Assembly: GCA_964474635.1 (NCBI GenBank)
Contig: CAYYTT010000001.1
Location: 15,930-79,929, forward strand
From: an uncultured Alphaproteobacteria bacterium
Lineage (GTDB): Bacteria > Pseudomonadota > Alphaproteobacteria > JAJFIK01
Reading direction: 5' to 3'
Length of the DNA: 64,000 nt
The number at the start of each line of letters is the position of its first letter. Position 1 is the stretch's first letter. Positions 9,101-16,603 of this stretch are shown piece after piece. Made by a program: the position numbers and the translations under genes. The notes beneath the pieces were generated by a model. It saw only the letters and a program-made list of their open reading frames with translations. It had not been told where the DNA came from and ran no database searches.

Positions 9101-11405
9101 CACGGGCCTGCTGACCCTCGGGAAGGATGCGGGGGCGATCTCACGCTTTGACGGCGGGCTAACGGCCACGGAGGGCCCGGCCGCCCTGTCCGGATCCATC
9201 GAGGCGCCGGGGGTCAGTCTCACCCTCGCCGCCGCGACACTGACGGGCGATACCGTCCTCGATGTGGCGGGGGGCGCAGCCTCCGGCGGCGGCCCCTCCA
9301 TTGCGCTGTCCACCCTTAACGGCGCCGGCTTTGACCTTGCTGTGCGCGGTGGACCGGACACCGATGTAACCTTGGGCGGGGCCTCGGCGCTCGGCGATCT
9401 TTCGGTTTCCCGGGCGCGCAGCCTCAGCCTGACCGGGCCCACGCAAGCCGCATCGCTTACCACCCAAGATGTGACGACGCGCATTGAGGCCATCGCCCCG
9501 CTGATGCTCGCCAGCCTGACCATCGGACCGGGCCCCGCCTCGGTCGGCCTGACCGGCGGAAGCGTCTCCGTGACCGGCCCCGCGCGGATCGAGGCATCCG
9601 GCGGCACCGCGATCGGACGCGATCCTCAGAGCACGGCCACATTCTCCGAAGGCCTGAGGGCGCAGGCCGCCCCGGTGACGGTGCACGGGCGCATGAGTGC
9701 CGGTGGCAGCGGCCTTGCGCTTTCCACCGTGCGCATTGCCGGCGACACTGTCCTTGAGGGCACTAACGGCGCCGCGATCTCCCTGGGCGACGTGGCGGCG
9801 GCCGATCGCGCGGCCGCCCCGGATGTGCGCCTGTCCGCGGACCGGATCACCGCCGGCGCCCTCACGCTCGGCGAAGCCAGCGCCGCCGTTGCGGTGATCG
9901 CGGGATCCCAAGCGTCGTTCGCAGGTGCTGTTTCGGCCGACAGCCTGGCCCTTGAGGCCGCCGATGGTGGGCGCATCGATTTCGCCGGCCCCATGACCGT
10001 CCGTACCATAACCATTTCAGAAGGGGCCTATGCCCTTAATCTGACGGGCGGCGCGTCCATCGAGGCGGCCGCGGTCTTTGCCAATAGCGGCGGCGTCACC
10101 CTTGGCGATAAAGGCGTCTCGCAGGAGGGGCCCGGTGACCGCTTTGTCTTCGCCGGCGGTCTCACCTCGACGGCGTCCACAACGACGGTGGCGGGCACCG
10201 TTGAAACCCGCGACGCGCCCCTGGCACTGGCGGCCGTGCGCCTTGCCGGCGACAGCACCCTGACAAGTGCCACCAACAGTGGCGGCGGCGCGGATATCTC
10301 CGTCAGCGGACCAGTGGACAGCGCCGACAGGCCGGCAGCCTTGACCGTCACCGCCGGAATGGAAGGCCATGTGGTCCTTGATGGCCCCGTTGGCCAGACC
10401 GCTCCCTTGCACACCCTTGAGGTCTCGGCCGGACGCATTGCCGCGCGAGCCTCACGCGCCGCCGGTGACATCACCTTGAGGGCACGGGACCAAGCCGGCC
10501 AACCGGGCACCGTCGTCCTGGCCCAAAATCTGGAGACCGCCGGCGGCGATATCCTCATCGACGGTGCCGTGACCATCTCGGGTCAGACAGTCCGGATCGA
10601 CACGACCGGAGACGGATCCCCGGGCGGCGCGGTGACGCTTGGCGCGCAGGACACGGACATCGTCTTTACAGATCCGGACGCAATTTTGACCGTCACAGCC
10701 GGCGACGACGTCACCCTGGCGCGACTTGGTACCACCGAAACAGGTCCTTCCCAGGTCGACGTCGTGGCCGCCGGTTCCCTTCGATCGGCGGGCGGCACTG
10801 TCGCCGCGGCGCTCAGTTTTGCCGCCGGTGCATTCGATGAAGACCCGGCCTTCCGTCCGGACCAGGACATCCGGCTCGACGGCGATCTGACCGTCGCCGG
10901 GCCTGTCCGCCTGGCGGCAACCGGCGATCTTGTGCTTGAGGACACCTTGAACGCAGGCACCTTGAGAATTCTCATCGACGGTATTGCCCGCACCGGGCCC
11001 GATGCCCGCGTCAATGTGGACGATCTGCTGTTCATCGGCTCCTTAAACGACGGGTCTGGCTCCTCCGAACTCATCGGCTCCATACGCGGCATCGATACCG
11101 GAGACGCGGCGGGGCTTGCCTTCCAGACCGCCCTCCCGCTCAACCCGGACTTCCTATTCAACGGATGCGTCGTCGGCGTGCGCTGCGGCCAGGACGACCG
11201 GGTGATCCGCGGCATCAATGTTTTTGCACTGACAGTCCAGCCGGTTACCCAGGACCCCGAGCCCGACGGCCAGCGGTTTTCCGATCTCGGCAATTTCGAA
11301 CTGTACCGCAGTCTGGGTCTGACCCGCTCCTGGAGCGGGGATGACAAGGAGGATGGGGACGAGGAGAACGGGGACGGGGAAGGGGCCGGAAATGGCGATG
11401 AGTGA
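6135..11405 (+). CDS. Two-partner secretion exoprotein (TpsA; filamentous haemagglutinin-like, N-terminal TPS domain)
   Basis: ORF 5826..11405; the likely start is ATG 6135 (MCVSPP...LVSLSVPAEA signal peptide). TPS-domain motifs: VVIDWDSFSIAPGEITQFVQ, ALNRVTGG and FLVNPAGILVG (NPNGI-like). The rest is ~1600 aa of Ala/Gly/Thr/Leu/Val/Asp-rich beta-helix-type sequence. It overlaps the tpsB stop by 26 nt. Confidence 0.9.
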   Translation: MCVSPPSSDRAPPQSAKRLRLFTASALVGALVSLSVPAEAGPTGGTVVAGDALISTPGVGTTLIEQSSDRVVIDWDSFSIAPGEITQFVQGSPDAVALNRVTGGALSEIFGTLSADGTLFLVNPAGILVGQGGIVDVHGLVASTSGITNENFMAGRFTFDRPSQVPGASVINRGTISVKQAGMAALVAPGVENAGVIVADLGRAVLAGAQRFTVDLYGDGLIQFDAGPADDGDGSGQAFSAVNNGTIRADGGRVLMTTDAAEALLGSVVSMDGVIEARSVSTENGTIILAGGENGAVEVSGRLDAPRGAISIAGDAVTLDPDASLRSAPGGAIAIAAARLDVTGDGALGTLAAAPLQDAVASGGKVTLAAQSALTIAQDGLQVSDDGPAGALSLEGTAVAIGGPVDLAASDLTIRADSLALDADLTAATIQVETISAGRDIRLGSGDGAPAAGPALAFDDLTRLITPALTLRAPRGTVRLGSLDLAGAGFGALTVSGGAVRLSGDIVTGGRDFTVDGPAVLVGDTRLVTDGGAARFAGSLDSAAQITSADLPWALSVEAGPGAAAFEDTIGGEGPLAALSVRAGDLAAGPVTTLGAIDLTGMAGTLLAGAITSQEGPVTVAGPIRLAADTSVSSAAAVRLDPVMGGGFDLTLAASPNGPITLAGGSGLGVLSVVQGQTFTAESALTASELSVSGLTGAALFFGSIAVDGAGRIEGPGGAVFDGGPDGTFRFAGGLTALDGPVSARGTLLAGGGGLTLADFTPVGAARLEGLGGAAIDLGTVSAAPNAALTIDAAVLSVEGPVTLPDGTLTVLRALEARVTGPVTAETVRIASNGGTVVLLGALETVSADLGGAAQLRLEAPIRADALRLADLGSLVSTDPIAAGTLSLETIEMAMLGGPLTADSMSVDAPGGTITVLETLDAGRLSVLEAGSARFAGPVMAGEVDLTPSAGSVVFDGPLAADTLTTGPGPFSLDLIGGVRITEPVTIANTGLLTLGKDAGAISRFDGGLTATEGPAALSGSIEAPGVSLTLAAATLTGDTVLDVAGGAASGGGPSIALSTLNGAGFDLAVRGGPDTDVTLGGASALGDLSVSRARSLSLTGPTQAASLTTQDVTTRIEAIAPLMLASLTIGPGPASVGLTGGSVSVTGPARIEASGGTAIGRDPQSTATFSEGLRAQAAPVTVHGRMSAGGSGLALSTVRIAGDTVLEGTNGAAISLGDVAAADRAAAPDVRLSADRITAGALTLGEASAAVAVIAGSQASFAGAVSADSLALEAADGGRIDFAGPMTVRTITISEGAYALNLTGGASIEAAAVFANSGGVTLGDKGVSQEGPGDRFVFAGGLTSTASTTTVAGTVETRDAPLALAAVRLAGDSTLTSATNSGGGADISVSGPVDSADRPAALTVTAGMEGHVVLDGPVGQTAPLHTLEVSAGRIAARASRAAGDITLRARDQAGQPGTVVLAQNLETAGGDILIDGAVTISGQTVRIDTTGDGSPGGAVTLGAQDTDIVFTDPDAILTVTAGDDVTLARLGTTETGPSQVDVVAAGSLRSAGGTVAAALSFAAGAFDEDPAFRPDQDIRLDGDLTVAGPVRLAATGDLVLEDTLNAGTLRILIDGIARTGPDARVNVDDLLFIGSLNDGSGSSELIGSIRGIDTGDAAGLAFQTALPLNPDFLFNGCVVGVRCGQDDRVIRGINVFALTVQPVTQDPEPDGQRFSDLGNFELYRSLGLTRSWSGDDKEDGDEENGDGEGAGNGDE

Positions 11406-14397
11406 TCTGCGCATTATGGGCCTTGCTTTCGCCGGCCTTGCGATCAGCGTGCTGACGGGCTGCTCGGGTGCACTCTCACCGGCGGATGGATCGCGCACGG
11501 CGGACAGCGACATCGTCGATCTTGGCGCCAATGCCCTGGGTGAGCGCTGCCGTCTGCGTGAAGACAAACACGTGGCCCGCGCCGCAGGGGAACGCCATTA
11601 TACGATCCAGTGCGGGGACTGGAGCACACCGAGTGCCCGCCTCGTCCAGGTTGCCGAGGACGCGGAAACGGGCCCGGGCTCAAGCCTGTGGCAGCGGGAG
11701 GTTACGAGCCGCCTTTTGTGCGGCGCCGAGGAAGACGCCCTGGTGCTGGGCGACCGCCCTGCCCGGCTGCATCGGTGCCGTCTGCGCCGGGGCGGCTGGC
11801 CCATGCTGGCCCTGATCGTTGGACTGCCCGACCAGGCCCTCCTGATGCAGACGATCCCCTCGGGCCTCGGGGTTGCCGAAGCCGCCCTCGCCCATATCGC
11901 CGGTCTGGAGGCCGGCGCCGTGGGCGACGCCGGGCCGCGGGGCACCCGGTCCCGTTCCATCGAGCTTCTCGAGCTGGCCCTGCGCGACCAGTTGTTTTCG
12001 GCCGGCGACATTCGGGCCTATGAAGAGCTACTCGACGTGGCCCAGTACTACAACAGCGTGGGCAATTTCATCGCGTCGGAACGCTTTTACCGGGATGCCT
12101 TAAGCATCCTGCGCAAAGTGGTGCCGCCGGACGATCCGGTCCTTGCCGACCCGTTGACCCGCCTCGCCCTCGCCTTGAGCAATCAGGGCAAGGTTACCGA
12201 AGCCGAAGCCCTGTTCAAAACCCTGGATGGCTTGAGCGCCGGCGCGCTTGACCCGCTCACGGTCCCGCGCCTGCGCATCGCCCGCGCCTCCCACGAGGTC
12301 AACCGCAATCGCTGCCGCGCCGCGTTGCGCGAGCTTCAGGCCGGCCAGGCCCGTCTTATCGAAATCGCCAACAGTGCCAGCGGGTCCGAAGTGCAGATCC
12401 TGGCCGGTGGCGCCGACGCGGCGGCGGTGGAACTGGCCCTTAGCGGCGCGCTCGAAAGCGCGATCATGCTGTGCCTCAACGATCTCGATGCGGCCGATAA
12501 GGCCGCCGACCGGGCCATCGCGATCCTGACGGACACGCCCCAGGCACCGCGCGACTGGCGGCCGGTGTTCCTGTCGCTGCGCGCGGAAATCCTGCGCCGG
12601 CGGCGCAGTCTGGACAGCGGCGAGGACGACCTGGAGCGGGCCTTGAGGGATCGCCGGGTGCTCTACGACCGCTCGCGCCTGGAGGGGCTCGACTATCTTT
12701 ATCTGGGCGGGCTCAACCGTGAGGCGGGCCGCCGGGACGACGCGCTGGAGAATTTTCGCCGGGGTGTCTCGGTGCTGCGCGAGACGAATGAGGGGGTCAC
12801 GCTCGACCAGGTCTTGCCCTTCCTGCGCCTCCTGAACGAGGAGGCAGGCCGGGACCCGGCCCGGGCACAGACGCTTCATGCGGAGATGTTCGCGGCTGGA
12901 CAAATCGTGCGTAACTCCCTCACGGCACGGACCATCGCGGCGACCTCCGCGCGTCTTGCCGCCGGCGATCAGGCTGTCTCCACCGTGATCCGCGATCTCC
13001 AGGAAGCGCGCCGGCGGATTGGCGATCTTAACCGGGCCATTGATGCGGCCCAGGCCCGCACAGACGCGGGCGGACGGGTCATTGAAATTGCGGCCATGAT
13101 CGAAGACCGGGACGCGGCGCGCCAGGAGGCAAGCGCCCTTGAAGAGGAGGTGCAGGCCGCGGCGCCGGCCTATAACCAACTCGTCAGCAGACCCCAGGAT
13201 CTGGTGAGCGCCCAGGCGGCCCTGGCCGCCGATGAGGCCATTCTCCAGGTTCTGATCGGCGAGACCTCCAGCCTTGCGTTTTTCGTCACCCGTGACACGG
13301 TCGAGCCCCATTTCATCGGCTTTGGTTCGGGCGAAGCCGCCTTCGCCGTAGCGAAATTGCGGGCAGGCCTGACCATCGGCACCGGCCAGCGCCTGGGCGC
13401 CTTTGATTTGAAACTTGCCCATGGCCTGTACCGCGCCATCCTCGGCCCCTTCGAGCAACGCCTTGCCACGGTTCGGCATTTGATCACTGTGCCAACGGGC
13501 CCACTCGCGAGCCTGCCCTTTGCCATTCTTGTAACGCAACGCCCGCAAGGGCGCGGCGTGCGCGCGGACACCTATCGCAAGACCGCCTGGCTCGGCACCG
13601 CCCATGCCATCTCCGTGGCCCCGTCAGTACGTTCTTTAGTCGATCTGCGCACCCTGCCCCAGGCTCCGAAACGCAGCCGTACACTGATCGGTTTTGGCGA
13701 TTTTCAGGGACCGCAAAATGCCCCAGCCGTCCCGATTACGCCGCTGTGCGAGTCCCGGGTCCAGTGGATGGCCCGCAATGCGCCGCCCCTGCCGGAAACA
13801 CGGGCCGAGCTTGAGGCCATCGCGAGGGGATTGCCGGACGGACAGACGGACCTGCGCCTTGGCGAGGCCTTCACGGAGGCGGCCGTCCAAGGGGCCGCCC
13901 TTGAAGACTACCGGATCGTTTATTTTGCGACCCATGGCCTGATGCCCGCCGATGTGGGCTGCCGGACCGAACCCGCCCTTGTCACATCGGGTTTTCGCCA
14001 GGATACGCCGGACCGGGACGGTCTTCTCACCTCAAGCGACGTGCTGGGCCTGCGGATGAATGCGGATCTGGTTGTCTTGTCGGCCTGTAACACCGGCGGC
14101 GGGGACGGCTCCGGCGGTGAGGGGCTGAGCGGTCTGGCTCGCAGCTTTTTTTATGCCGGTGCGCGCGGCATGCTGGTCAGCCACTGGTATGTGGAGAGCG
14201 CGGCGACCCAGCGGCTGATGACGGATGTCTTCGCACGCCTTGCCGACAATCCCGCCCTGGGCAGCGCCGAAGCGCTGCGCCAGGCCCAGGACGCTTTGTT
14301 TTTGCAAGAGCGCGGGTCTGCGATTGAAGCCCATCCAGCCTTCTGGGCGGCCTTCACGGTCGTGGGCGATGGGGCCCGGCCGGTGCGGGTGCGCTGA
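11392..14397 (+). CDS. TPR-repeat CHAT-domain (caspase-fold) protein, predicted lipoprotein
   Basis: ORF 11341..14397; likely start MAMSDLRIMGLAFAGLAISVLTGC, with lipobox L-T-G-C. Central TPR-like repeats (YYNSVGNFIASERFYRDALSILRK...). C-terminal CHAT hallmarks: IVYFATHGL (His) and DLVVLSACNTGGGDG (Cys), then LARSFFYAGARGMLVSHW and HPAFWAAFTVVGDG. The start lies 14 nt before the tpsA stop. Confidence 0.9.
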   Translation: MAMSDLRIMGLAFAGLAISVLTGCSGALSPADGSRTADSDIVDLGANALGERCRLREDKHVARAAGERHYTIQCGDWSTPSARLVQVAEDAETGPGSSLWQREVTSRLLCGAEEDALVLGDRPARLHRCRLRRGGWPMLALIVGLPDQALLMQTIPSGLGVAEAALAHIAGLEAGAVGDAGPRGTRSRSIELLELALRDQLFSAGDIRAYEELLDVAQYYNSVGNFIASERFYRDALSILRKVVPPDDPVLADPLTRLALALSNQGKVTEAEALFKTLDGLSAGALDPLTVPRLRIARASHEVNRNRCRAALRELQAGQARLIEIANSASGSEVQILAGGADAAAVELALSGALESAIMLCLNDLDAADKAADRAIAILTDTPQAPRDWRPVFLSLRAEILRRRRSLDSGEDDLERALRDRRVLYDRSRLEGLDYLYLGGLNREAGRRDDALENFRRGVSVLRETNEGVTLDQVLPFLRLLNEEAGRDPARAQTLHAEMFAAGQIVRNSLTARTIAATSARLAAGDQAVSTVIRDLQEARRRIGDLNRAIDAAQARTDAGGRVIEIAAMIEDRDAARQEASALEEEVQAAAPAYNQLVSRPQDLVSAQAALAADEAILQVLIGETSSLAFFVTRDTVEPHFIGFGSGEAAFAVAKLRAGLTIGTGQRLGAFDLKLAHGLYRAILGPFEQRLATVRHLITVPTGPLASLPFAILVTQRPQGRGVRADTYRKTAWLGTAHAISVAPSVRSLVDLRTLPQAPKRSRTLIGFGDFQGPQNAPAVPITPLCESRVQWMARNAPPLPETRAELEAIARGLPDGQTDLRLGEAFTEAAVQGAALEDYRIVYFATHGLMPADVGCRTEPALVTSGFRQDTPDRDGLLTSSDVLGLRMNADLVVLSACNTGGGDGSGGEGLSGLARSFFYAGARGMLVSHWYVESAATQRLMTDVFARLADNPALGSAEALRQAQDALFLQERGSAIEAHPAFWAAFTVVGDGARPVRVR

Positions 14398-14425
14398 CGA
14401 TCAAGCCTTTCGCGGTGCGAGATCG

Positions 14426-16516
14426 TTACTTGCTGGTCATGATGATGAAGGCTCCGGTTTCCCCGCCGCGCAGGCGCTCCAGATGGCCGGCAACGAGCCG
14501 GTCATCCGGACGCTGACGGGCAAGGTCCTCAAACGCCATGAGAGCCGCCGGACTTTCCCGGTCCAGCGCCTGGAAGGCCTCCCGGTAGGCCGCCTGATAG
14601 GGGCTGGCGGCATCGAGCGCATCGATGGGCTCATAGGTAATGAGGGCATCCTGCTTACCGTGGAGCACCAGGGTGCCCGCCGGGCGCACGGGCCGATCCG
14701 GGGCCGCGTCCACCGTGGCCTTTGAGAGCAGGGCCCGTGTGCCAAGCGCCTTGTTGGCCGCCTCCAGACGCGCGGCCGTGTTCACGACATTGCCGATGGC
14801 GGTGTAGTCGAAACGATCGCGGCCGCCAAAATTGCCGACGAATGCAGGCCCTGTATCAAGGCCCACCCGCGTGCGCCCGAACCGATAGCCCTGGCTCATC
14901 CAACGCGCACGGAAGGCCTCCCCGAACTCAACGAGCGCCGCCGCGCAGGCCACGGCGCGGCCGGCGTCGTCCTCGGAGGCTTCCGGCGCGCCGAAAAAGC
15001 ACATGGACCCATCGCCCAGAAATTTGTCGATCGTCCCGCCATGGGCAAGGATAATGCCGCCAAGCCCATCGAAGTAGTCATTGATGATCGTCCCGATAAG
15101 GTCCGGAGGCAGATACTCCGAGCTTGACGTGAATTGCTCGATATCGGTGAACATGACCGTGATCGTGCGCCGCTCACCGCCAAGCTTCAACCGGCTCGGA
15201 TCCCGGTCGAGGCGCGAGACGACCCCCGGCGGCACGTAGCGGGCAAAGGCCCGTCGGATCTGATTGCGCAAAAGGCGCTCCCGCCGGCCCACGAACGCGC
15301 TCGCGCCCGCCGCCGCAATCATGAAGGCCAGGACCGGCGTGACCAGCGGCACCATGACCTCCGCGCGGGCAAAGAGCGCGAAACACAGAACGCCAAACGC
15401 GCTCAGCACCAGCATCGACAAGAGGATCTTGAGCCACAGGGACAGCCGCGACATGGACAGCAGCATGCCCACCAGCGCCAGCGCGAGACCGATGGCCGCC
15501 TCCCCAGCCAGTCCGGGCTCCAGAATGCGCCGCCCGTCCAGGATCTGGGACAGGATATGGGCGTGGATTTCCACGCCGGGCATTTCCTCAACGCCGGGGA
15601 TGGCGGTCAGGGCAGTCCGGTGCCGGTCGATATCGACGAGCACGGGACCGATCAGGGCGATTTTGTCCTTGAAGAAAACGGGCGGCAGGATCGGCACTAC
15701 CTGGGCGTCGACTACCAGGAACGGTTTTTCGTCCGGACGCTGCGAATTAAAGCCACGCCACGCGATGCGGTAGCGCCGCTCCTTGGGCAGATCGACGCCC
15801 AGGCGATGGGCCACCGCCGCGCCCAGTTGAAATTGCGCTTTCTCGCCCTCGTCCCAACGGGGATAGGCATAACGCACCGTACCGTCCTGCCGGTCGCGCA
15901 GCAGCATGGCGTAACCGGGCGTCAGATCCCCGACAAACCAGGAGAGGACATCGGCCCGCTTGCCCGTCGTCCCAACATCGGCCCCGGCCCATCCGGGAAT
16001 GACGGGCGTCTTGACGGTGCGCATGACCTCGCGAAGCAATTCGTCCTTGCGCGGATCCGTTTCATTGTCGAGGACGAAATCGATGCCGATGGCCCGCGCC
16101 CCGGCCTCGTCAAGGCGTGTGATAATCTGTGCCAGGAGTTCTCGGTCGAATGGCAAACGGCAGGACAGGGCATCGAGAGTGTCGTCGGTCACGCCGATGA
16201 TGACGATGTTCTCGTCCTGGCGCGCGTCGGGCGCCGCGAGGAAACGAATGTCGCGGGTCCACTCGTCAACCCCCTTCAACACTTCGGCGATGTGCGTGAG
16301 TGCAAAGGGAACGCAGACGGCGGCAAGCAGGATCAGGCCGACCCATGCACCGACCGCGAGGCGCAGCGTGCGGCGCGGTTCCCGGTCAACGGGCGAGCTG
16401 CCCGCCCCGCCCTCGCCCCTTGCGTCCCCGCCCGGTTCTTGCTCGTCGGCCCCGACCATCTCCGCCCGCCTCCCCGCGTCTCGGCTCCAAGGACCGCCAG
16501 TATAGTGATCGGGCAA
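14426..16516 (-). CDS. CHASE2 sensor domain-containing class III adenylate/guanylate cyclase
   Basis: 696-aa ORF with an N-terminal TM. CHASE2-like IVIIGVTDDTLDALSCRLPFDRELLAQIITRLDEAGARAIGIDFVLD, followed by three TM helices. Cyclase core: ITVMFTDIEQFT, GTIDKFLGDGSMCFFGAP, RVGLDTGPAFVGNFG, FDYTAIGNVVNTAARLE. Start M1 (16516) versus M20 (16459) is unresolved. Confidence 0.9.
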   Translation of the reverse strand: MPDHYTGGPWSRDAGRRAEMVGADEQEPGGDARGEGGAGSSPVDREPRRTLRLAVGAWVGLILLAAVCVPFALTHIAEVLKGVDEWTRDIRFLAAPDARQDENIVIIGVTDDTLDALSCRLPFDRELLAQIITRLDEAGARAIGIDFVLDNETDPRKDELLREVMRTVKTPVIPGWAGADVGTTGKRADVLSWFVGDLTPGYAMLLRDRQDGTVRYAYPRWDEGEKAQFQLGAAVAHRLGVDLPKERRYRIAWRGFNSQRPDEKPFLVVDAQVVPILPPVFFKDKIALIGPVLVDIDRHRTALTAIPGVEEMPGVEIHAHILSQILDGRRILEPGLAGEAAIGLALALVGMLLSMSRLSLWLKILLSMLVLSAFGVLCFALFARAEVMVPLVTPVLAFMIAAAGASAFVGRRERLLRNQIRRAFARYVPPGVVSRLDRDPSRLKLGGERRTITVMFTDIEQFTSSSEYLPPDLIGTIINDYFDGLGGIILAHGGTIDKFLGDGSMCFFGAPEASEDDAGRAVACAAALVEFGEAFRARWMSQGYRFGRTRVGLDTGPAFVGNFGGRDRFDYTAIGNVVNTAARLEAANKALGTRALLSKATVDAAPDRPVRPAGTLVLHGKQDALITYEPIDALDAASPYQAAYREAFQALDRESPAALMAFEDLARQRPDDRLVAGHLERLRGGETGAFIIMTSK

Positions 16517-16603
16517 AGACTTTCGGAAATGCCCATTCTATGCTCGCGCGGAAGATGCAAAACGCGGCGCCGCGAACACCCCGTTGACCCATGGGAGGGA
16601 ACG

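Noticed and set aside
6047-9607. 1186-aa minus-strand ORF, the second-longest in the track
   Set aside because: It lies entirely antisense to the TpsA gene. The product is Ala/Pro/Ser/Arg-rich low-complexity sequence with no motifs. It is a typical shadow ORF of high-GC DNA, whereas the plus-strand frame has a clear TPS domain.
12100-13605. 501-aa minus-strand ORF
   Set aside because: Antisense to the CHAT/TPR gene and has no recognisable motifs. Shadow ORF.
15134-16603. 5' two-thirds of the 790-aa plus-strand ORF 15134..17506
   Set aside because: This part is antisense to the well-supported CHASE2-cyclase gene and encodes Arg/Gly/Pro/Asp-rich sequence. Only the segment from ATG 16604 (RBS, signal peptide) behaves like a real gene.
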